Of a DNA stretch of 64,000 nucleotides, positions 52,350 through 64,000 are shown piece by piece (position 1 is the stretch's first letter; the number at the start of each line of letters is the position of its first letter). Origin of the DNA: Chiloscyllium plagiosum (lineage: Eukaryota); assembly GCF_004010195.1 (NCBI RefSeq), contig NC_057718.1:13206963-13270962 (forward strand), read 5' to 3'. Under the pieces are notes generated by a model, which was not told the DNA's origin, did no database searches, and was given only the letters and a program-made list of their open reading frames with translations. A program made the position numbers and the translations under genes.

Positions 52350-52690
52350 TCTTCTTCATTACTCTTTCATGGGATATGGAAGTCACTGGCGGGGCCAGCA
52401 TTAGTTGCTCACCCCCAATTACCCTTGAACCGACTACTAGGGCACCCAAGTGAACCACATAGCTGTTTGTCTGGAGTCACGTGTGGGTCAAACCAAGTCA
52501 GGATGGCATTCCCTGAAGGACATTATTGTAAAAGTCCATCGAGCTCATTAATCAATGATTGTTGTAATGGTGACCACTTATTTTATTGGGCAGATTTTAT
52601 GAATTGAATTTAAAAGTGCACCGGCTGCCATGATAGGAATTGAACCCATGTCCACCCAAAGTAACCTCGATGCCAGAGTCTCCCACATCC
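52350..52690 (-). mobile_element. tRNA-derived SINE, same family as 61970-62295
   Basis: Reverse-complement homology with the + copy; tail ccagcattagttgctcaccccc. Confidence 0.6.
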
Positions 52691-53989
52691 CTCCCCTCTT
52701 TTATGCAAAAGGTACACAAATCTCGCAGATTTGCCCCTTCAGCAATTAAGTAAAATATTGTCATGTTCCACTTTAAATATTTAAAGATTGATTTTATCAT
52801 TTTTTTAAAAATCTAAATAGTTCAGATGCCAGTTGCATTGTTCACATATCATATCTCATCAGAGCTGAGTCCAGTCTTAAAGTCCAAAAGCTATAGTCAA
52901 ACCTTGGTGCATGAGCTAGGTGCAGATCGGAGGGCACTGAGTAACACTCAGTGCCCCAAGGTCTATTAGATTAGCTCAGAATTAAAACAAGAACTCTTTT
53001 TGTTTCTATTTCTGGAGATAAGACTTATGGCCACTGTCTGTGCGGACTTATATTTGTGGCTTCTGCAGAACAATCTATATTGTTGGGATTTTGAACTGTT
53101 CAAACAACATGACTGACACAAACAGAGCTAAGTGAGATTTAACTATCAAAATAAAATGTGGTGAACAGCTGCTGCCCATGACATCTCCACCCAAGATCTT
53201 TTGGTTAATGATCTCTGGTTATTGGAGATCTCGGGTGTGGAACAGGAGGCTGGGAACCTGTCAAATGATTTAATGCAGTTCATGAATTGGGGAAAGAGAG
53301 AGGTGGGAGAAAGAGTAAGCAGGAGGCATGCAGTAATGCTGAGAAGATTAAGATACTTGTCTTCCTTATTTTCTCCATTAATTCTACATTTTAGTTCCAG
53401 TAGAATTCTGCCTTTTGTCAGGAATGTCACTCACAGGTAGATGCTGTCATAGGTCACTTATCCTGTCAGACTCAAGTTAAAATAAATACCTACGGATGAA
53501 AAATGGGCTGAACAAATTCTTCTGCTTCCAAATTTAAATGACGGAAATGATCAGAGGAAACTGCAGGAAACAATAAATTAGGGTTATCCCAAACTGATGT
53601 TATCAGTGGCTCAGTTCCATTTACTTTGTTTGTGTGTCACACCCCAACCATGTGAAGTATGACACAGGTACATTTTTGGATGATCTGCGAGCTGTGCAGG
53701 TGGACTGAATACTTCAAATGTATCTTAAAAGTCTGAATATTTCCAAAATAGGACAAATAACACATGAGTTCACAGACAGAGCATTACATCAAATGCCCAA
53801 TGAATAATGAATGGGGTGGAATTGCTCATCCAGGGGAGAAGAATCAAGGGATAGCCTGCCTTGCTTAGACCAGAAACAGTCTCTTTCGGCTCTTAGATGA
53901 ACCCAAAGTGCAACCATCAACTGCTCCACTGACTGACCACTCTTTCTGGATGAATTTAATAAAGGAGACAAGAAGAAACATAACAGTTC

Positions 53990-55485
53990 CACAGTTAAGA
54001 ACACAGAGAATAGGAGCAGGAGTAGGCTGTTCGGCCCCTCCAGCCTGCTCCATCAGTCAGTAAGTTCACAAAGTGGCTTTACCTCCAGATTCCTGCCTGC
54101 TCCCGCCAACCCTCGATTCCTTTGTCAATCGAGTGTCTATCTACCTCAGTCCTTGAAGCTACTCAATGGACCAGTTTCCACTTCTCATTGTGAGAGGGAA
54201 TTCCAAAACCAATGATCCTCAGAACATAAATTCCTCCTCATTCCTGCCTTAAGTTGGAGACTCCTCATTTTGAACCTTGCACCCTAGTTCCAGATTGCCA
54301 CGAGAGGAAACATCCTTCTACAAGTTCACAAATATCTGTGATCTGAAATGTGTGCATACAGCTGTTGTACCCCTTCAAAAAAATCACTGGTCCATTCAAA
54401 CACAAGAAATGTCCACCAACAGCTCCAAATACTCAGAACTGAATCAAGTTAGATTACACACTGACATGTCATTCCTTCCCTTCTTCAGCAGACAGAAAGC
54501 AAAGCAGAAAGATAGCAATTCTGTCTCCAGAGTCAATAACAAAAAGCATGCAGGCAAACCTGAAATATTACACCACCTAGTCAAAACCATCCATGCTGCC
54601 AATATAAAAGACATAGGCTTCTTACTTTGGCTGAGTGAAACAACTCAATTCAGATAGGAAATCAGAATTTTAAAAGTGTTTCAATTTTTTTTTAAAAAGC
54701 ATGAGTTTGTATTCTCCCACTTCATGTAATCTACATATGAGCATATCACAGAATCATATAACATGGACAAAGTCCATGCAGCCCATCTATCCAATTAGCT
54801 CTATTCCTCCCTGTTGGTTTTCCCTTTAGAAAATATACCAAGCTCTTTTTTTGGAAGTTACGGCTCAATCTGCTTCCGCCAACCTTTCAGGCAGCACGTT
54901 CCAAATCACAGCAACTCTGTTATGAGAAATGTTCTGTATCCCTCCTGGATTCTTCACGCCAACCACCTTAAATCTGTGTCCTCTAGTTACCAATCTTCTG
55001 CTAATAGAAACAACGTCTCCCCTTTTATTTTGTTAGAACCCCTCGTAATGTTGTGTGCTTGATTACATCACCTCCTTACTCTGCCATGCTCTAAGGACAG
55101 CAATTCCAATTTCGCAAATCCCACAGCATAACTTAAGTCCCTTGTCCCTGGATTCTCTACTCACTTCCTAAATTGTGATCCCAGCATTTAATAAAATGTT
55201 TTGTATGAGGAATAACCCCAAAAGTGAAAGCGAGATTAAACACCTTCAACAGCTAAATAGAGCAAGTGGAATTCACTTCCACAGAAGGCGGTTGAGGCCA
55301 AATCATTACATGTTTTCAAGAATGAGGTGGACTTGGCTGCTGGGGCTAAAGGGATCACAGGATATTGAGGAGGGCGGAATTAGAGTGTAGAACTTGATTA
55401 TCAGCCATAATCACATTGAATGATGGAGCACGCTCAAGGGTCAAATGGCCTACTCCTGCACCTAAATTCTATGTTTCTATATGTT
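53990..55485. mobile_element. Cluster of old CR1 3' fragments (53990-54330 -, 54745-55160 -, 55255-55485 +)
   Basis: CR1 3'UTR motifs gatcagccat..attgaatg..ggagca and ggcctactcctgc. Confidence 0.7.
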
Positions 55486-55974
55486 CCAGACTTCAAATTA
55501 ACAATGCCACTAGGAATCAGCCAATAAATCTGTTATTGCTTTTCCATTCAGCATTTGATTATGGTGTTAAGAATCTTAACAGACTCATGTTTCCCATGTG
55601 ATAAATCAAAGAGCTTCTCTTATATTTTCTCAAGACTTTTCATTACCAGCTACAATATCCAATACCATTTAAATGTTAAAAGCTCAGATGCAAACCCAAT
55701 AAGAATTTAGCTAATTGTACTGTAACACAAACTCCTGCAGAGAAACTAAGCTAGCAATAGTCCCACATTGCATTCTGCCCATTTGGAATATCTTTGTTCC
55801 TGTCTGTGAATTTTTAAACAGATTTTAACTGGTTCAGATACTCTTTTGATAATGAACTTGGAAAAATAATTTCTATGCTGCAGCACATCATGAAGTCAGG
55901 CATTACTAAAAAAAATCCATAAATGCAGCAAAACTGCAGAAAGCCAATCACTTTCAACAGCCAGCATTAAGGCA

Positions 55975-56078
55975 AAGGCAATAAACACAAAAAGTGTTGG
56001 AGATTCAGTAGATCTGGCAGGATCTGCAGAGTGAGAAGCAAGAGTTAACGTTTCAGGTCAATGATCCTTTCTCAGTTT
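55975..56078 (-). mobile_element. Penelope terminal element (family B-like) with partly intact core
   Basis: Minus strand ctgagaaaggatcattgacctgaaacgttaactcttgcttctc. Confidence 0.65.
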
Positions 56079-58011
56079 TAATGTGTTTCCTGAATCCACG
56101 AGACTGCTTTTTTTTAAACATATGTCTGAAGGTTTTCTGTTTCCCAAAGTATTTTTTGAATTGAACAGAACAGTGGCTGAACAGAAATAACAGAACATTA
56201 TATATATTGCAAAGTAATGCATCAGTCTTTTAGATGTATCAATAAGCATCACTGATACTAAATGCTCAAGCCAAGTGCACTCATTTGCCTTTCACTCCCC
56301 AAAAGGAGTATTTCAGAGCTGGGTTAGTGATGCTCAAATTAGCAAAGGCCACCAAATTCAGTCATTCAGAACAGTCCCTAGATTTAAGGAGTGGCTAGTT
56401 GTACCAAATGTTATGAAGTGTTGCATTGCCTTATTCTGCCTTCTTGAAACATGTTTATAGAGTGCATTAGAAGGAATAAAACAGCAAACGGTACAGAAGA
56501 TGCTAATAATGCACACACCATCCTCGCACATGATAGACAGGCAAAGCATTGGTGGATTATTCGAAGCACAATAAACACAAACTGGAAGACTAGGTTTGGG
56601 AAGACAGGTCATAGAGTTATGCAGCACATAAGGAGGCCACTAATATGTCACACCAATACCACTGGTTTGAAAGAGCTAATCTCATTTCTGCTCCATTAGC
56701 AAAAACAACTGTTTTTTTCCCCCCATGGCTGGTGACTGGCAACAGTTTGGCTCAGATCCATCGTAATTGGAGGGGATTGAAATCTCACCCACAGTTTGGA
56801 GTTTCCCACCATTTAAAAGACATTCAGCCATGCTGTCATTGGATCTAAAACACAAGACTTTGCACTCAGCCAACACTGACCTTCTCTTGCCACAGTTTTG
56901 TCCGCTTACAGAATCTATGCTCCTTTGTAACCTCCCAGCATAACCTCCCTACTGTAGCTGCTGCCCTTTGTGGTATTAGCAAGGCTTTGCTGCACAACTC
57001 TATATGACTTCACCCAAGTCATCAACAAGGTAATGTAATTTAAGTTGAAGCTCCAGAACAGATCACTGCAACTTGTCACATACCAGCAGAGCAGATCTCT
57101 GTTTTCCTTTATTTACTACGCCCATCCCAAGCATGTACAATTTCCGGCCTGTGTTGTTAGCTGCTACAAGTGATGGAACCTGCTAGAGATGGGGCAGTGA
57201 AAAGTTTGAAAGAATTGTAGATGCATCATTCCCAGTTCTAGGAAGTGAGGAAATCTCATGCAGAGGTTCAAGTTTTGCCATGAGGATTGGTGAGCAAGAA
57301 GAGGCTTCTGAGGATTTAACTCATAGAGTGGGTTTGGGAGTCATGGTATAGAGGAGAGGAAGTGGAATCACACTTAAGAACAAGTAGCTGGGAGGCCAGC
57401 ACCAGGAAGGACTGAGGAGCCGAGGTTTCAGACAGAAATATCGACCAGGCTGGAAAAACAGAGAGAAATTGAAAGCTATGGAACTAACAAGATAGGCAGA
57501 CAGTCAAGAGAGTTGAACAAAAGGCTGCACATCTCCACAAGTGAAGGGGGCTGGAGACATGCAACAATGCCGTGACAGACATCAGGAATGGCCTTTGTAA
57601 ACACTGGCATTAAGAACATGTCAAAAATCACGCACAGAAAAGCTGTTCCGGGAGTGCAAGGTCTTTAACAGGAAAGGAGTATAAAAGTACTGAAACCGTA
57701 CCTATTGTGGCTATCTTGCTCGTGGACAAGAAAATTTAAAATTCTTCCAACTGAACTAAATACAACTTGCTGAACATACACAACTAGTCAGCCAGAATCT
57801 AGGGAGAAAAAATTTTGACTTCATTTTTTTTCTCCCTATAGATGGATCTTCACCGTAAACAAAAAATGCTTCTCCATGTTTTCCTTTCCTCTACACAACA
57901 GGTGTCAAACCTGCTCACGGTTTAATTCCCCAGGCAGCCTCTTCCTGCCCACCAACCCTCACGGCAAACTTGAACCTGCTCATGAGGTCTCCTCACTTCC
58001 CAGTACTGGTC

Positions 58012-58048
58012 GCTCTGATGAAAAGTCATCTAGACTGGAAATGTTAGC
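58012..58048 (+). ncRNA. Minimal hammerhead ribozyme motif (family B-like element 58012-58130)
   Basis: GCT-CTGATGA-AA-AGTC-ATCTA-GACT-G-GAAA-T-GTT^AGC; stem I GCT/AGC and stem II AGTC/GACT both pair. Confidence 0.7.
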
Positions 58049-58989
58049 TTGCTCTCTCTCCATGGATGCTGCCTGACCCACTGTGATTTCAAGCATTTCT
58101 TGTTTTCCAGCATCTGCAGTAATTCGCTCCTGATGGACCTTCAGTTTGTTCCCTGCATCCTTTAACTTTATGTTGACTTGCACCTGATATATTCCATAAT
58201 TTCAATCATAGTTTTAAAGGCAAAATCCTCCAGTTCTGTTATGACCAAGAACAATAACAAATAATAAGTTTACATTAAATGTCACATTCTTTTCTCACAT
58301 TTGGCTTCACTTTGGTATAAAATGTGCACATTAGGATTGCTGCTTAAGTGATTTATAACTTCACCATCAGGACAATATGTAAGATAACTTGCAGTGTTTC
58401 TTTATACGGCTAACTTCTGCTCTTTGTCCCATGTTCTGACTGTTTCTATTTACCTGAGGTATGTTGAACAATGCATCATATTGGCAGCTGACCTCAACCA
58501 GATACTGGATTTTGGAATACCAGCTAAAGATGTCCAATAAGAACCATCACTGTGACCACAGTACTAAAGATCTGGACAAGTGACCAATGAGCAAACATCA
58601 TGAGAGAGTACCTTGAGATGTTTGGTTTACCATTTCTGGTTGAGTATTGAGTCCCCATGATCTCTCTTAACTGACTCAGCTAGTTTTCTTTTTTACTTCA
58701 GTGATGGAGAAATTTCAATAGAATCAGGAAAATGTGGGGGTGGGATGCTCAATCCTCGGTCTTCAAATGTTGAACAAACTATGTTAGAATTATAGAATTA
58801 TAATCAGAAAGTCAATGTGGTAAACAAACTTGTGTCAAACTCTGTTGACCACATACAACTTTGTGCAAAGTCCCCTTCAGTTATCAGCTGTGTTCACTGA
58901 CCTACCGTTTACCCACAAAATTAAAATTCTCATCCTGAGTTAAAATCACACTACTGCTTCACTCTTCCTCCTCCAGATTGACAACTCTC

Positions 58990-59530
58990 TGAAAATTTGC
59001 CAAGATGGAGGAGCAGAAACATGTCATTCAGCCCATCATTCAATGAGATCATGGCTCATCTGATAATCCTCAACCCCAGTTTGCTGCCTTTTCCCCAAAA
59101 TTCCTTACTGATTGAGCATCTGTCCTTCTCAACACTGAAAACACTAATACAGTTAACAACCCTGCCTTCTTCTTTGGGCCTATACTCACCCATAAAAGGA
59201 AACAATTTCTCCACATTTGCCTGTCAAGTTCCCTAAGAAATTTGTGCATTTGAACAAAGTTACCCATCATTCTTCTAATCTCCAATGAGGCCCAATTTAC
59301 TCTACCTCTCCTCAAGAGAAAGTGCCTCCTTACTCAGGATTAAACTCGTGAACTTCCTCTGGGCTACCAGCCTTTCTTTAGACATACAGACCAAAACTGT
59401 TCTCAGTATTATAGATGTGATCTGACTAGGGTCTTGTATAGTTTTAAAAAAACTTTTATGCTCCATTTCCTTTGAAATAGAGGCCAACGTTGCATTTCTC
59501 TTCCCACTGAATTTGGATGCTAGCATTTGT
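58990..59530 (-). mobile_element. Old CR1 LINE fragment
   Basis: Decayed C-terminal ORF2 (ORFs 59070..59315, 59302..59526) and CR1 3'UTR. Confidence 0.7.
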
Positions 59531-59791
59531 TTTGGAGTCTGCCTCTCCAGTTTTGACTATTTGACCACCTCACAGTTGCCTCACTCCATCATCTCTTCTG
59601 TACAGGACTGTGGGTGTACCTTAACCTGGAACACTGCAATGGTTCAAGGCAGCAGCTCACCACCACCTCCTTCAGGGCAATAACGGATGTGCCACAAATG
59701 CTGGCTTCACCTGCGATGTTTACATCATATCAACAAATTTAGTAAAATTAGCAATGGTCTGTCTCTCCTCCTTTAAGACATGACTTAAACC

Positions 59792-61407
59792 TACAGAGGA
59801 ATTGTTGAATGTCTTGAAACACATAAAAGTGGATAAATCCCCAGGACCTGATCAGGTGTACCCTAGAACTCTGTGGGAAGCTTGGGAAGTGATTACTGGG
59901 CCCCTTGCTGAGATCTTGTATCATCAATAGTCACAGGTGAAGTGCCGGAAGACTGGTAGTTGGTTAATGTGGTGCCTCTATTTAAGAGGGTGGTAAGGAC
60001 AAGCCAGGGAACTGTAGACCAGTGACCCTGACATTGATGGTGGGCAAATTGTTGGAGGGAATCCTGATGAACAGGATGTACATGTATTTGGAAAGGCAAG
60101 GACTGATTAGGGATAGTCAATATGGCTTTGTGTTTGGGAAATCATGTTTCACAAACTTGATTGAGTTTTTTGAAGAAGAAACAAAGAGGATTAATGAGAG
60201 CAGAGCGATGGACATGATCTATATGAACTTCAGTTAGGCGCTTGACAAGGTTCCCCATGGGAGACTGGTCAGCAAGGTTAGATCTCATAGAATATGGGGA
60301 GAACTTAGCCATTTGGATACAGAGCTGGCTCAAAGATAGAAAACAGAGGGTGGTGGTGGAGGGTTGTTTTTCAGACTGGAGGCCTGTGACCAGTGGAGTG
60401 CCACAAGGATCGGTGCTGGGTCCTCTACTTTTTGTCATTTACATAAATGATTTGGATGTGAGCATATGAGGTACAGTTAGTAAGTTTGTAGATGATACCA
60501 AAATTGGAGGTGTAGTGGACATCGAAGAAGGTTACCTCAGATTACAACGGGATTTTGATCAGATGGGCCAATGGGCTGAGAAGTGACAGGTGGAGTTTAA
60601 TTTAGATAAATGTGAGGTGCTGCATTTTGGGAAAACAAATCAGAGCAGGACTTATACACTTAATGGTATGGTCTTAGGTAGTGTTGCTGAACAAAAAGAC
60701 CTTGGAGTGCAGATTCATAGCTCCTTGAAAGTGGAGTCGCAAGTAGCTAGGCTAGTGAGGAAAGCGTTTGATATGCTTTCCTTTATTGGTCAGAGTATTG
60801 AGTACAGGAGTTGGGAGGTCATGTCGCGGCTGTACAGGACATTGGTTAGGCCACTTTTGGAATATTGTGTGTAATTCTGGTCTCCTTCCCATCAGAAGGA
60901 TGTTGAGAAACTTGAAAGAGTTCAGAAAAGATTTACAAGGATGTTGCCAAGGTTGGAGGATTTGAACTATCGGAAAAGGTTGAATAGGCTGGGGCTGTTT
61001 CCCCTGGAGTGTCGGAGGCTGAGGGGTGACCTTATAGAGGTTTATAAAATCATGAGGGGCATGGATAGGATAAATAAACAAGGTCTCTTCCCTGGGATGC
61101 GGGAGTCCAGAACTATAGGGCATAGGTTTAAGGTGAGAGGGGAAAGATATAAAAGAGACCTCACGGGCAACTTTTTCACCCTGAGGATGGTACATGTATG
61201 GAATGAGCTGCCAGAGGAAGTGGTGGAGGCTCGTACAATTGCATCATTTAAAAGGCATCTGGATGGGTATATTAATAGGAAGGGTTTGGAGGAATATGGG
61301 CCGGGTGCTGGCAGGTGGGACTAGATTCGGTTGGGATATCTGGTCAGCATGGACGAGTCGGACCGAAGGGTCTGTTTCCATGCTGTCCATCTCTATGATG
61401 CTATGAC
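59792..61407 (+). mobile_element. CR1 (HER1-like) LINE, 1.6 kb RT to tail, with stops
   Basis: [48 protein letters not shown]; ctatgatgctatgac tail. Confidence 0.95.
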
Positions 61408-61969
61408 TTTCACCAAACTTTGGTCACCCACCTAATATCTTGTTCTTTGGCTCAGTGTCAGTTATTTTTGCCTAATAATGCTGTTGTGAAACATCTGGGG
61501 ATGTTTCATTATGTTAAATGCACTGTATAAATGTATATTATTGTCATTTAAATATTTCACATTCCTCTACCATCAAATTAGCAACAGATCATTGAATAGG
61601 AAGCTTGCCAACCATGCAGTACTTCCCACAATTTATTTTTCCAGATGCAACATCTTATACTCGCCTCAATCTGTTCCTCCCAAACTACATAATTTCGGTA
61701 CCAGCCTAGGCACACCCAAAGACTCCATTTCTAAAAGGCATAAATTAAATATTTCACTTGCAACTTCTTTACTTCTACTGAGATGCTTGACAGCGTGTTC
61801 TACATACAACAGCGAGAAGGAGGTAGTAGTTTGGCTGGCCTAGCAATTCCAGTGGTAAAAACAGAAGATGCTCGAAGAAGAGTCCATAAAACATCAGAGC
61901 AGAAGTAAACGATTCAGCCATTGAGGTTGCTCCACCATTCAATGACATTGTGGCTGCTCTGATGGAGGA

Positions 61970-62295
61970 GTCGTGATGGCCTATTGATATTATTACTGGA
62001 CTGTTACTACAGAGACCCAGGCAATGTTTTGGGGACCTGGATTCACATCCCACCATGGCAGAGGTGGAATTCAGATTCAATAAGGAATCCTGAGTTAAGA
62101 GTCTAACAATAATAATAAAACAATTATTGATTGTCAGGAAAAACCCATCTGGTTCACTTATATCCTCTAGGGTAGGAAACTGTCACTGTTACCTTGTCTG
62201 ACCTTGTGAATCAAGAGCCAGAGTAAGGTGGGTGACTCTTAACTGCCCTTTGGAATGGGTGATGTCCTCATCCCATGAATCAATGAAAGAAAAAA
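61970..62295 (+). mobile_element. tRNA-derived SINE
   Basis: Head with ggattcacatcccaccatggcag B-box-like segment; tail catcccatgaatcaatgaaagaaaaa. Confidence 0.65.
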
Positions 62296-63044
62296 ACAAG
62301 TAACTTTCAATTCCAATTTCCTGTCTTTTCTCCATAACTCTTGATTCCCTTACTGATTAAAATGTGTCTCTCTTAACCTTGAATATATTTAATGACACAG
62401 TGCCCACAGTCTTCTACAGTGAAGAATTCTACAGATTCATCTCCCTCAGAAAAAAAAATTGTAGTCAAATTGGGCTTGAAACATTGATTCTGTTGCTCAC
62501 TGCACAGATTTGTTGAGTGTTTCCAACACGTACTGTTTTTATTTCAGATTTCCAGCATCTGTAATATTTGGATATTATTGTGATCTTGAGGCCCAGACTA
62601 ATGGTCTAATGACAAGAGTTCAAATCCCACCACATCATCTGGAGAAATTTAAATTCAATTAATAAATCCCAGCATTGTTACAGCACAGGAAGTGCATCCA
62701 CTGGCTCTTCAAACAATCATTACCGAGCCTAACCTCCTGCCTTTGTACATCATTTCTATCCAAATAACCATCTTGAATACTTCAGTTAAACCTGTCTCCA
62801 CCACAGTTCCAGACAGTGCATTCCACAGCCTAATTACTCACTGGATGAGAAGGACTTTTTTTCACATCAATCTGACTTTACTTGTGCATTAATTTAAATC
62901 TATGCCCGCTCATTCTTTTTTCCATTATGAGTAGGAACAGCTTCTCCCTTCCTACTCCCTCCAGCCCACTCATGATTTTGAACACCTCTCTCAGGTCTCC
63001 TCTCAGCCGCTTTCTGTCCAAGGAGAACAGTCCAACTTTTGATT

Positions 63045-63372
63045 GGGAGCAACATGATGGCTCAGTGGTTAGCACTGCTTCCTCACAGAACCAGGGACCT
63101 AGGTTCCATTCCTGCTTCAGGCGACTGTCTGTGTGAAGTTTGCACATTCTCCCTGTGTCTGTGAGGGTTTCCTCCATGTGGTCCAGGTTCCACCCACAGT
63201 CCAAAGATGTACTGGTCAGGCGAATTAGCCATGCTAAATTGCCCAAAGTGTTAGATGCATTAGTCATGTGTAAATGTTGGGTAGGGAAATGGGTCTGGGT
63301 GGGTTATCCAAGTCTATGTGAATTTGTTGGGCCGTAGGGCCTGTTTCCATACTGTTGGGAATCTAATCTAAA
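63045..63372 (+). mobile_element. HE1-type V-SINE inserted in an old minus-strand CR1
   Basis: Head gggagcaacatgatggctcagtggttagc, V-domain, (aatct)n tail. Confidence 0.9.
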
Positions 63373-63418
63373 TTGTTTTCAATCCACAGGCACTCCCTGA
63401 TTTACAAATGCTTGTCCT

Positions 63419-63761
63419 TATTAGATTAGATTAGATTACTTTCAGTGTGGAAACAGGCCCTTCAGCCCAACAAATCCACACCGCCCCGCCGAAGCGCAAC
63501 CCACCCATACCCCTGCATTTACCCTTTACCTAACACTACGGGCAATTTAGCATGGCCAATTCACCTGACCTGCACATCTTTGGACTGTGGGAGGAAACCG
63601 GAGCATCCGGAGGAAACCCACGCAGACACAGGGAGAATGTGCAAACTCCACACAGTCAGTCGCCTGAGGCGGGAATTGAACCCGGGTCTCTGGCGCTGTG
63701 AGGCAGCAGTGCTAACCACTATGCCACCGTGCCGCCCAGCCACTATGCCACCGTGCCGCCC
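63419..63761 (-). mobile_element. Young HE1-type V-SINE with 22-bp head duplication
   Basis: (ttaga)n tail, CpG-rich near-consensus body, ccactatgccaccgtgccgccc x2. Confidence 0.95.
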
Positions 63762-64000
63762 ATGAATGAGATCCTAACCCTACTCAGAAATGGCCATTTT
63801 ATATTCTGTTATATTGTGTTCTGACAAACATACAGATCAACTTACAAACTTACTCAGGAATGGAATTCATTTATAACCTGGGGACTGTCCATACCCTCAT
63901 AACTGAAGTTCATCACTGGATGCATTCTTGTAAATCACTTCTGCATTCTCTCCAATGCATCTATATCTTTCCCATAACGTGAGGCTTACAAATTGGACCC

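Overview
Eukaryotic vertebrate DNA, almost certainly an elasmobranch (shark), inferred from HE1-type V-SINEs, HER1/CR1 LINEs and SacSINE1/DeuSINE-like repeats. One host gene is recognisable: a minus-strand FERM-domain gene of the Expanded/FRMD6/FRMD1 family, best called FRMD1. Ten GT-AG coding exons were traced by hand from the ATG at 37717 to 1869 (1330 nt, 443 codons + 1 nt, all splice phases consistent). The C-terminal exon(s) were not found and probably lie left of the window; a 5' non-coding exon probably lies further right. The rest is a dense, nested mosaic of retroelements (CR1, L2, Tx1, Penelope-like elements, solo LTRs, several SINE families) plus a 500-N gap. The most striking unannotated signal is a set of about 15 short Penelope-derived terminal elements from roughly four sequence families, most carrying intact or decayed minimal hammerhead-ribozyme cores (CTGA[T/A]GA-stem II-GAAAC-GT[C/T]). 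Several are fold-back (inverted) insertions with 7-14 bp target-site duplications, and one core is split by a ~160 bp inverted copy of nearby DNA. Exon coordinates are exact; repeat boundaries are approximate and family names come from recognition, not database searches.
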